This document shows, piece by piece, positions 1 to 11,000 of a DNA stretch of 64,000 nucleotides; within the stretch, counting starts at the first letter, position 1, and each line of letters starts with the position of its first letter. The position numbers were made by a program, and so were the translations under genes. This stretch comes from Paecilomyces variotii (Eukaryota): NCBI GenBank assembly GCA_004022145.1, contig RCNU01000005.1; one strand, written 5' to 3'. The notes beneath the pieces were generated by a model. It had not been told where the DNA came from. It saw only the letters and a program-made list of their open reading frames with translations, and did not search any database.

Positions 1-382
1 AATAATACAGCAAAGAGTCTTTTTGCCGAGCCAGCAGCAGTGACCATCTCCACACTCATCCTGCTTCACTTTCTTGTATCCGTGACCGCACTTGGACATG
101 CAGAACGGCCAGTGACCTTCCCAGTAACAGTCATCTAGCCCAGGTGGGTTGGCCGGAGGTTGAGCTTGCTTGTCGGGCCAGGGTTGCTCGCTCGCATCGT
201 CTGCTCGTACTGAGGGGGAGAGAGAGAACAGGAAGTGTTAGTGTTGATAATCCAGGAGATGGATGCTAGTAGAAAGCTAAAATGTGGAGAATCTACTTAC
301 TGGTAAAGTTGTTTGTTGGATAAGCAGCAATAATAGGCATACTGGCCAAACCCGCAGTGAGCATTAAACTTATAAGATGCAT
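1..382 (-). CDS. Small secreted cysteine-rich protein (3' end runs off the window)
   Basis: ATG at 382, exon 382-301, GTAAGT..ACTAAC..CAG intron 300-210, exon 209-1 open to the edge. Translation: MHLISLMLTAGLASMPIIAAYPTNNFTIRADDASEQPWPDKQAQPPANPPGLDDCYWEGHWPFCMSKCGHGYKKVKQDECGDGHCCWLGKKTLCCII. Signal-peptide-like N-terminus and 8 Cys. Not in the ORF track. Confidence 0.8.
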
Positions 383-949
383 GATTGTATCTCTCCTGGG
401 ACGATAAGGCGGGGAAAGTAAAACCGTACGCGGAAATTGTATGAAAAGAGGACTTGAAGCTTTTGTAGGTGTATCGAAATGAGCTCGTGTATCGTTATTA
501 AAGGAGAAAGAACCGATATACCATTCAGGAAGGCTCTAATGCGCCTAAATACCCGTGCTTGCGAGCAGTGCCTACCGATATACTTTTTTTACTAGTCCAG
601 TCTAGGAACATAGGAAACTAACTATCTGCGTATCTAGATATTTCAGCGGGTGTTAGTTACCTGTAAGGACTCCGGTTTCTATAGAGACTAGGTGCTTAAT
701 GGAATAGAAACTGGTACCACTCTTTTTTGTCTCTTATGGCTCCTTTTATGATGGAACCGAAAAAGGGAAAACAGCGAGGAGTGTACTAACAATAGGACAA
801 TCGGCTGGTAACCTCCTCGCGAAGGCTTCCACGAGACCGATTACTGCACACTAGGCAGCAAACAGTCCAGTTATATCACATGCCCTGGATTCCAGGTACC
901 ACTGCACCAAAAGACCGCAATAACTACGCCTAAGACGTAGTTGAGCCTA

Positions 950-1720
950 GCAACCCACAGAGGCTACGGAGCTTATAGACTCTTGCACTTAGGTATAGAA
1001 ATTATTACCTTAGTTACGAACTAGGGTTTATATAAGAACCTAAAGTTACATTATATTTCAGCAGCGGTCTCGATATCTTGCGCCTAGCGCCCCTAGATAG
1101 TAAGTGATAATTATAACGCTAATTATTCGTATACCTTTAGCTATTTTAATCTTTACCGGAAAGCCCAAAAACTGGTCTTTAGATAGATAATTACTACCCT
1201 TTACTGCTTAGCGAGGAGAACGCTCTAAACCGCCTATTGAATAAATTATTCTAAGCTATATATCGATATTATTATAGCGGATAAATTAACCCTTATTCCT
1301 GAGGTCTTAAGAGTTAAAAGCTCTAATTTATACTGTGACTGCAGGTAATATATCACGTGACCTATAGGCAAGGTATTCTCAACAATTTTTTATTATTTAA
1401 ATTAGGTTAAAAAATTATAAATAATTTTTAATTTTAATAATATCTTTTCTTATTAAAAATAATAATTAATTATTATAATAAAAAAAAGGAAAATAGAATA
1501 ATTCACTTATAAAATCACGTGCTAAACATTATTCACTAAAAGAGAAACAGAAACCTTTATCACTAAAGCACTAAAATAGCTTCACTTTAAACACTTAACT
1601 GCTGGCAACTTGCTAACTGTACTTGATTTAACCCTTGAACTTGTCAAATACCTTTATCTTAAGCTTCTCATGGGGTTTAGCTATTCTAAAGACCTTTAGG
1701 AGATTAAGCTGGGCGCTAAG
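950..1720. other. AT-rich, TpA-enriched (RIP-like) island upstream of clr4
   Basis: 1381-1500 has only 8 G/C in 120 nt. 1141-1200 has 8 TpA against 1 CpA and 1 TpG. No ORFs. Boundaries approximate. Confidence 0.6.
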
Positions 1721-1730
1721 ACGCGCAAAA

Positions 1731-3515
1731 ATGTTTATCGACCTGACTTTGGACTCGGATGAGGAGCTTCAGGTAAGTTTACAGCTTGCTTTCTCTATTT
1801 CTTGGAATTAAAACGTGTGGAAATTTTACATTTATTAAATTTATAACGTTTTTTTATATTGTTATAAATACCTTAAGATTATCTTTTTTTTTTTTAAAAA
1901 GGGGTAATATTATATGTATTGAGAATGTTTTTGTTTGTTTTCAGTGTTTTCTATTAATGTTATGATCTTGCTAAAGGCCGAGATTTCTGGTTATACGAAG
2001 ATAAATTTGACATTAAATGAAACTAATCTCTCTCTTATAAACAGAAGGGTAATTCTGAACAGCTTTTATCGCTCTTCACCCAGCAAAAAAGTCGGAAACG
2101 CAAGGCAGAGCTCACTTCTGAGACTTCGAGTCTCAAGTCTGATCTTACAACCCGCCATGTTGACATCGATCCGAACTCTCTCCCCTCTCACCACACCGAG
2201 ACAGACTTAGAATCCGTCGTCAAGTCTGAACCTCGCAAGTTCGATGTTGTCGTGCCTCGGTTCACTGATGATGTCTTCTCTATCGAGTCCGATAGTTCCG
2301 TTCCTAGGAAGAAGCGCGCCAGTCTGCCTCCATGGAACAGCAAGCCAATCACGAAAACTGATGAACCTCAGACCCAGCAAGATACTCTATTAGGCCTGTC
2401 TCAAACACACTACCCTGTGGATGATGCGGAGACTAAGGCGTCCTTCGCCTATCCTAAGCACAAACATGGCAGCTCTGATATCCTTCCTCTAAGCCTCTCA
2501 AGTATGCCGCCTGGTCTCTTTAGGAAGAAGAAGTATCAGGAACCACCTGCGGATGGAGTGCCCAAGACCCTCTTGGCAAAGCTATCAAGGATCAGAGGAC
2601 CACCTGTCACATTGACTCTCAGTAAGGAGGACAGCGCCTTTCCCGAGAACTTCGAGTTCATAAACTCGTACAAAATCCGGGGTGGTGTCGAAAAGGCCGA
2701 TGCATCCTTCGATGCAGGATGTGACTGCGGCATTGTCTGCGATATGAAATCATGTACCTGTCTCTCTCAAGAGATCGACTCTGACGACCGTATCAACCCG
2801 TATGATATTCTGCGTGACGGGACCTACGTCCTCAACCAAGGATTTCTGAAACGCTCAGCGATGATTTACGAATGTACGCCCCTTTGCGCCTGCACGAGAC
2901 ATTGCTGGAACCGCGTCGTCGAACGAGGCAGGACTATCCGGTTCAACATCTTCGACACGGGAAACAGAGGATTCGGTATATATCCATTCCCTGGCCCAAA
3001 GATCACAGATATATCAATGCTAACGATAATGATTCTTAGGCCTACGTTCCCCAGACCACATCAGAGCAGGTCAATTCATTGACCTTTATCTCGGCGAAGT
3101 AATCACAAAAGCTTCAGCAGACAGACGTGAGATGATTGCAGAGACTCAAAAGAGCCCATCATATCTCTTCTCGCTCGACTTCCTGGTAAATGACAACAAG
3201 ATCTACATCGTCGACGGCCAGAAATTCGGATCCCCAACACGATTCATGAACCATTCCTGCAATCCGAACTGCAAGATGTTCCCCGTGTCTCGCCACCATG
3301 GAGACGAGCGTCTGTATGACCTTGCGTTCTTCGCATTACGAGATATTCCGCCAATGACGGAATTGACCTTCGATTACAACCCAAGCTGGGACGATACCAG
3401 GAAGAAGAAGAACAGGAACCAAATCGATCCAAACTCCGTCAAGTGTCTGTGTGGAGAGCCCAATTGTCGTGGCCAGCTGTGGCCTACACAGCGAAAAAGA
3501 ACGAAAAGAGACTAA
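1731..3515 (+). CDS. clr4: Histone H3K9 methyltransferase, Clr4/DIM-5/ClrD family
   Basis: Exons 1731-1772 (MFIDLTLDSDEELQ), 2045-2975 and 3040-3515 join in frame across GT-AG introns. Pre-SET Cys cluster (GCDC..CDMKSCTC..IYECTPLCAC..CWNRVV), SET motifs NRGFGL, RFMNHSCNPN and ELTFDY, post-SET CLCGEPNCRG. Confidence 0.92.
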
Positions 3516-3746
3516 GTAGAGCAGATCAGCAGATCTCTCACTCTACGTTCATACAGAGTCTCACAGTCTCGCAAGTTTCTACATTAGCGAAAATGTCATT
3601 GTTTCGGAATCGAAGTCCGAAAGTCGCTGATTATTAGCGTTTGTTTGGTCCCAGTTTAGTCCGCCTTTTTTCTTCTCTAACTAAATCTCATGCATGCATT
3701 TTGCATCTCAAGTCATGCATCGGATTCCAACACCGGAAACAAGCCG

Positions 3747-3790
3747 AAAAAGAAAAGAAAAGAAAAGAAAAGAAAAACAAAAACAAAACT
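3747..3790 (+). repeat. (AAAAG)n / A-rich simple repeat
   Basis: gaaaaagaaaagaaaagaaaagaaaagaaaaacaaaaacaaaa downstream of the clr4 stop. Confidence 0.85.
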
Positions 3791-4916
3791 GACAGCAAGA
3801 CATACAACGATGCAAAATCGGCGCAAGTTTCAATCACAGCAAGCAAGCAATCATGTTTTTCCTTTCTTTCTTCTACACAGGTGTTGAATTGAATTGTTGT
3901 TATTTGTGGAGGTTGATTGATACTACTACTTCTGAAGTAGGAAGAAAGCATACTTACTTACTTAACTCTAAGCAAGAAAAAACGGAGCACCATATCTCTC
4001 TTCCATTATTTCCCCCCAAGACCCGTCGTGACGGGGTTATTCACTTTGAGTTTTTTTTTCTACTTCTACTGTATCCTATTCTAGTTCAGTCCAAGACTGG
4101 TTTAATAACCAATCAATTAACTAATCTTGGCATGCCACATTCCTATAATAATTGGGCTTATTTTAAGCCTTTATAACTAACTCCTGAAGAAGATCGATAT
4201 TAACTCTTCATTTCCGAAAGGAATCTACTACTAGAACATAGCAGGGAAAAGAAAGAGTTGAACAAATTTCCTGCGTCTCGTACTTAGTTCCACGAGTCTT
4301 GAGTGGCAAATGGAACCCCTGAAACCGTACGAAAGTTATTGTGATCGGCTAATTTGGCCACTGCGCATGGACGATTCAGGTTGAAACGGATTGAATTTTG
4401 CAGTGCACCTTTTGTGGACATGTAACCATAAAAATGAGAGATGGTAGTTTTCAGTATTACTTACGGAGGAAAAGTATTGGATCTAATTTTCAGATGTCAA
4501 CTGTATAGTTTCGATAGACCAGATGGAGAATACTTTCTATACTCCCGTTGAAAAATAAATAAATCAACTCCATCCATTATCCATGGCAGAAATTGTCACA
4601 TGAGCGAATAAACGTCAATAACATCTCCTTGAACAAGAGATACGAACAACTCTGGAAAAAGGACAGCGCTCGCTCGGAACATGAAGATCATAGCGTAAAA
4701 ACAGAATCAGAACCAGAATAATAAAACAAGTCAGCCGTTAACAACGAAAGAGAAAACTGCTGAAATACGGAGCGATTTCTATGTAGCTAATATCGCTAGA
4801 TAGAACTCCTCACCAACACACGCTTGGTCACGTTATATAAATATATAGATCTGTATATACCCATCAGACATTATACCTTCGCTGTGCGAAAAGTCCGGAC
4901 TTCATTGTATTCTTCT

Positions 4917-5477
4917 TCATGCGCGTCCTTCCATCACCTCGAAAATACCACCCAGAACAAAGCGGGGCTGCTGAGGGCGCATTGGAAGATCAGGAGTCGC
5001 CTTCAACATACTGTCCATATCACCGAAGATATCCGCAGCGAAGCCCATCGGAGTCGGAACTGGGTCGACGGGACGGGGTTCCATCAAACCGAGGCCTGTT
5101 CGTTCGACCGTATCTTCATCGCATCGGGAGCGTTCCTCACTCAATGCAAGATCGACGGCAGAGGGGCGACGGCGAAGAAAGAAGGCAGATGGGCGGCGAG
5201 ACATGGCGGAACACAGGGTGAATGGACTGCCACTGCCACTGCGGCTGCGCGAGTCCGTAGTCGTGGAGCTGGGGGAACGCATCCTCCGGGTGAAGCTCCG
5301 AAATCTCGTCTTAGGAGACGCTGTAGGGCTCGAAATAGGGGAGCTTGACGGGCTCACGGAGGAGCAATCGCTGGTTGTCCGCGCATGGGAAGCGAATGTG
5401 AACGAATTGAGAGACATATCCATGTCTGTCATTGGAGACGGCGACAGCGCGCGAAAGCTCCGGCTGTTGTTATGCAT
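4917..5477 (-). CDS. Ser/Pro/Arg-rich, probably disordered hypothetical protein (186 aa)
   Basis: Intronless ORF from ATG 5477 (MHNNSRS..) with RRPS kinase-type motifs and a DLALSEERSRC..GLMEPRP block. About 2.5 kb of noncoding DNA lies upstream. Confidence 0.65.
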   Translation of the reverse strand: MHNNSRSFRALSPSPMTDMDMSLNSFTFASHARTTSDCSSVSPSSSPISSPTASPKTRFRSFTRRMRSPSSTTTDSRSRSGSGSPFTLCSAMSRRPSAFFLRRRPSAVDLALSEERSRCDEDTVERTGLGLMEPRPVDPVPTPMGFAADIFGDMDSMLKATPDLPMRPQQPRFVLGGIFEVMEGRA

Positions 5478-8009
5478 CTTGGCGGCGTAAGATGCTTCTG
5501 AATCAAGAGCCTCAAAGAGGCTGATCAAGTGCTGGACGGCCGTTTTGGAAGGCGTTTATGTGTATATATTCCGAAACGTGAGTATGATAGGCGTCGTAGC
5601 GAACGGCACTGAAGTAGTATGAATGCGCTCGTCCGGTCGTTTATGGATCTCGAAAGATGGATATCCAAGGTGCGCCAAAAAAAAAATAATAAGTGATTCC
5701 CAAGGTCCTGCCTGGTTCCCGAATTGAAGATTATATAGAGGTATCAACGAGTGATTGGTGACTGCTTGTATGCAGCAGACGAACTAGCACTTGCCAAGCT
5801 GCAATGGCTCCCCGTCGACGGTTGAAGTGAGAGATCCAAACAAACAGACCCTGGTAACGGGGCTAGAGAAAGAATATAAAGAGGTTAAAGAGAAGGGTTC
5901 GTCCTAGTAAGCCGACCCGAGGGTGCGACTATTGAAAAGAGAGGGAGAAGAGTGGAAGGACGGAGGTTGTCGCCGGTGCCAACCGGGAGGGAGTGGGGAG
6001 TTATGTAGATGATAATTGAAGGGACCCCCGGAAGCAATAATATGGGCCCTCTATGAGCTATCCAGCGCACTTCCGTCACAGAACAGGGTGGTGAACCGGG
6101 GAGATGAGATCCTGCCAGGAGACTAAGCAACACTAAGAGCGGACCAGGGGCAAGTGGCTGCAAGGACCGGCGCCCCGCGGCGCCAGGGAGTCGGGGCGAA
6201 TTATTTAACCATCGACGGCGTCCTGAGACAGAGCCAGGGCTGTTCCGTGAGCAGGATCTTGACTTTCAGGAACAGGACGTGCTCTGCTATCGTGTAACGG
6301 AAACGGAGTGGAAGCGCAGGGTGGGCGACGCTTCCGTCTCAGCTATCTCAGGGTCCGATATCAATTGATCCCACTTGTAACTGATTCCGCCCATGGTTCA
6401 GACGGATATAGAGTAGTTGCCAAGCTGTGTGGAGGTTGCTAGTCTGTTGACAATGACATCCGGAGTAGAAGATCTTGTCTGAAAAGATAATCATCATATA
6501 ATGGTTACCTGGTGAGATCTCAGCCCGATGTCAGCAAATGCCAAATAGAAGCTTTGATAAGGTAATAGATCAAGAATTTTTAGTGACAGCCCATCGATAA
6601 ATGCGACAATGGGTCTCTCGATGGAGACCAGGTGGAGTTAGGATCGACCTCGATGGCAGACGCACGTCCAAAAATCGTTAAGATGCGAGGCTACTGTATG
6701 TATAACAGCCCCGCGAACGGACAGCCTCATCGTCTATCATGATCATCCTCGCGACAATGGTCATCATCTCTTCTTTCCATCGCGGAAATCATGGTGCCTG
6801 TTCTGCCTGAGTGCTAATGTCGAATTCGATAATTTTAATTTATCGGGGACACTCCTCGCGGGACTAAGCCATTCGCAGTGGACCATCTGCGACACTCGTG
6901 TCGTTTAGACGCGTCGCACCTTCGCACAATCGCCACCCTGGGCGTCCTGTGCACGATGTTCTGGACACTTTCCACCAGCCCGCGGTTGTATTAACTTCAA
7001 ATGAAGAGACCCGAAGCGACAGGGACATCCAGGGACTCCTGCGACGGAGTAGTGGAATGCTGGTCTAACCGTGCCTGAACCGTCGTTCACATTCCACAAC
7101 CTGTTCACGCGTGTCCGGAAAAGAAGACGCCAGGGGAAAAAAAGGTTGAATGCGGCGACCACTATCTATGTATTTCAATCGCGTGCATTCCAATGGCGAT
7201 ACGACGCATGGAGGTCCTCGAGATAAGGACAAAGCCGGTCTAGGTCAATGCTTGTATCGACAAACTCAGTGGGAGACTGCTCGGGTACAGATTTTTTTTT
7301 TTCTCAAGCCTCGACAGCACGTCGCGACAGCAACCGTAGGGCTTCTCAGACTTCCCATGATTCAAGAAAACGTTCGTATTGTTTGATGGTGATTGACGGA
7401 TTCTACTTTACAAACTTCCATCCATAACTATGTACTATACAGAAAAACAGTCCAATCAACTCGCAGAAGCGTCTGTACCAAAACCTGTCTATGATACGTC
7501 GCGTCGAAAACGGATGAGGCCATGATATGCAACAGATAACAAAGATAAAATAAGCAGATAGGATGGCTCAAGCTCTTCAATAGTCGACACATAAAAAAAA
7601 GAAGAAAAAAACGCCTCGTGCTATGCAAATCTCATAGGCCAATAACAAAGAAAAAAGAAGGCAAAGACGAACCATGCGTTCTTCGGGGTAACAAAAGCTT
7701 GCTCAATCAAGAGACCCTGCATGCGTCCACTGCTTTCTAGAACATATGTGCAGAATGATACCGCTACAGGCGTGGAAGTAAGTAGAGGCGCTTTCCTTCT
7801 TCCCGGCTGCAACGTAATGAAAGGACAATGTTGTTAAGGAAATCGGTACCTGACCTGACAGAAGCGAATCCGGAAGGTGACCCCGTCTCCCGTGGTTCTG
7901 GTTTCGTGACGCCATCTCTCGTATAAGTAACATATGTTTGTAGAATGTACATTGACTGCATCCGATGCGCGAGCGGCATGCCCTCGAAGACAAAGGAAGA
8001 GGGTGCAAC

Positions 8010-11000
8010 TTAATCCCTCGAACGATGCTGGGTGAAGCTCCGTCTGATACTTTCTCCCCAGGCTGAGTTATCAAGTGATTCCATGACATCGTTCACATTC
8101 ATGCCGCTGTTATCCCGAGAGCTCCTGGGACTGGCGGAATCGTCCGGCCCTGACGCGCCGAAATATGAAGTTTCTACTTCCATGGGACGGCGAGGAGACA
8201 ACGATGGACTAATGGCAGCCCACTCAGTTGGCGTGCTTGCTCCTGATCCATGTCCGGCGAGAGTCGTGTCAATCCGAGGAAGGCCAGCGCCTCTCGAGGC
8301 GATGGAGGATCCCCGATTCCGCGTCGCAGGTGACAACATGGGTGAGGACGGCTCGCTGGAAGCATGACTGGGAGTAATGGCAGTGTTATCGTTGTCCCAC
8401 TCAGGCCCCTCTCCGTCGCCGTGGTCGACGAAAATTTCTGGGACGGCGAACTGCGGCACAGCTGTCATGCGGCCTAGGCTCTTGGCCTGGATGTTGCGGC
8501 GGAATTGACGAGACCAGTACAACGTATCAAAGAAACCGATAACGGTCTTACGACGAACCGTCTCTTCAACGCGTTGCAACCTTGTGCGTCGTCGTAAGAA
8601 TTCCTCCAGTCTGGATCGAAGGTTAGCCACAGTCGCTCGAGTATGAAAGAGTGAAACACCAACCTCAAGCTCTTGCTGTCGCTAATCACATTGTGGTGTG
8701 CAAGAATCATCAAGCATGACGTGAAAGAGATACCAAAGTCGGGGTCAGCGGACACCAGGACTTCTTCGTAGAAGACATTCAGCTTTGCTCGTCTAGCTCT
8801 TATCGTATTCACGGGGATACGATTGATGATTCTTCGAAGTTCGTCCAGATCAACACCTTCGACAGGTCCCGATCTTGTAAAAGCGCCGCTGGGAATCGTC
8901 CGGCACCTCTCCAAGATCCTACCGACTGTAAATTCGCCGTCGTATACGCGCATTTCGAAGATCCCAGACAATTCCTACATAGAAAGTTAGGGATGCTGCC
9001 AGCGATATCCTCTCAGAGAAACTTACCCCGAGCAGCCGAGGGAACTGTTCCTTCGAGATGTATCCAGTTCCATCGGGATCGAACGTCGACCATGCCTGCT
9101 TGAAGCGACGAAGTTCCTCCCTGTTGATAGCGTAAAGACCACTGCTTCGCTGGTACACGTAGGAGAAACTCTCGAAAATAAGAGACACAAACAAGGAGAC
9201 GAAGATATACATGCTGATGATGTTCCACGTAATAAATAGCCCACGAGCCCAGGCCGGACTGCCACAGTCACTCCCGAAGAAATCTTCCGAGAGTGTGCAT
9301 TGAGGGGGTTGCATGGTCGCAAAATCTTCCATCAGTTGATTCCAACCCTCTCCGCAGCTGGTGCGGAAAAGGAATATCAGGGCCTTAGGCACATCTCTGA
9401 AATTGAGATTGTTGTTTTCGTTGCTACCAAACTTGGTGAGGCCGAAAGTCTGAGTCATAGCGATGGCATATACGAGGAACAGGACGAACCACGTAGCCAA
9501 GAGGTTGCCAATCGCTGTAAGACTAGCCGCGGCAGTCTTGAAGAGTTGATCGAGCTGGTTATTCCTTGGAATGATAAGGAGGGTGATGGACACGAGGAAT
9601 AGCTTGTTCAATTCGATGATTGCTTGGCTAGTAGAGCCGAAGGCGAGCAGAGTCGTGATGAAGGTGCCAGATACAGACAGGACGGAGTAGAGGTCCCACG
9701 AGCTTTTGCGAAAACGGTGCCAGCCCAATCCGATGATGCGGATCACTACGTTCGCGATGTAAAACCACGTAAAGATGAAAAACAAAGCCTCTGGAAATTA
9801 GAGTCAGCCAATCTACTACCACACGCGAATGGCCTAGGAAACTTGCCTCTCGTAGTATCCCACCAAGTGACCGAAGGATAGAACTCAAGAATAAGCAGTG
9901 TCAAATGAAGGAGAAGTATTGTCGTGACACATCTTGGCCATCTGCCATGCTTCTTGACAGCAATACGATAACACCAGATCTTCCATCTTTTACTTCTGGC
10001 GTTAATCGATCTTTTAGAAGGCGAGATCTGTCGAAGAAGCTTGCGCAACTCCAGCCAGGAGCGCTGCTCTGCAGTCAAGAAGGCAACACCCGTCTGCTCC
10101 GTGTAGTTTCGCATGAAGACAGAAACGAACAGGGTCAAGACGAAGACCGCACCGAGCAAGTTGAAGACGATGAAGTAAAGTCCGTTGGCTTGTGAAGCAT
10201 AAGGTTGGGGTTGATGGCCTTTTCCCGTCATACTCATGGCACTCCATTGGACATCTATCCAGCCCTCCTGGGAGACAATCTGGAACAGAATGAAAAGAGC
10301 GTCGCCGAAATTATCGAAGCTATAATAACTATTTGCGGCGACCCTCGGTGCGAGTACATCCCAGTTGTACGGACTGCTCATGTATTCGTCCACGCAATAT
10401 GATAAGTTTCCATTTGGTATATTGTCATCGTTGCATGAAATCATTTGCCCGTTGAAAAGGGTTAGTCCATAAATGGCAAACGGGATGAGAAAACTCATGG
10501 AGACAAATGCAGCCTAGATGACAGGTGAGTTAGAAGTCCTCGAGAAACATGCGAGTGCGGTATACTTACGGAAATGACCTTCCATCCTCCAAGAATAATG
10601 ACCGAATGGAAGGTGTCTCTCGCGCTGTCACTCACGTTAAGAAGTCTCAGAGCCCTCAGAGCTTTGAAAGCCCCGACAGCTCTAGATGCGGTTCCATTTT
10701 GAAAGAGTGAGGTTATGACATTGATCCAGAGGGTTATCAAGACAACACCATCTATAAAGCCCCATGAGCTGCGGAAATAGGCATTGGGTGTCCAAAACAA
10801 CCCATCAGCGATGACTTTGATGATAGCCTCAATGGTGAATAGCGCCGCAAAGCCCATGTCGGTCCACACATACCAATTGCGAGCACCATATGTGCTGTTG
10901 ATGACTTTTCCCTCTTGATCGAGCACTAATTCTCGATGCTTCATCGAATAGTCTCGCTGGTATATCGGCGTGGTGATACAAGCAATCAAGACCATGGCAA

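Noticed and set aside
1352..1521. ATCACGTG plus a >90% AT block resembling CDEI-CDEII of a point centromere
   Set aside because: No CDEIII (TGT..CCGAA) at the right distance, and filamentous ascomycetes have large regional centromeres.
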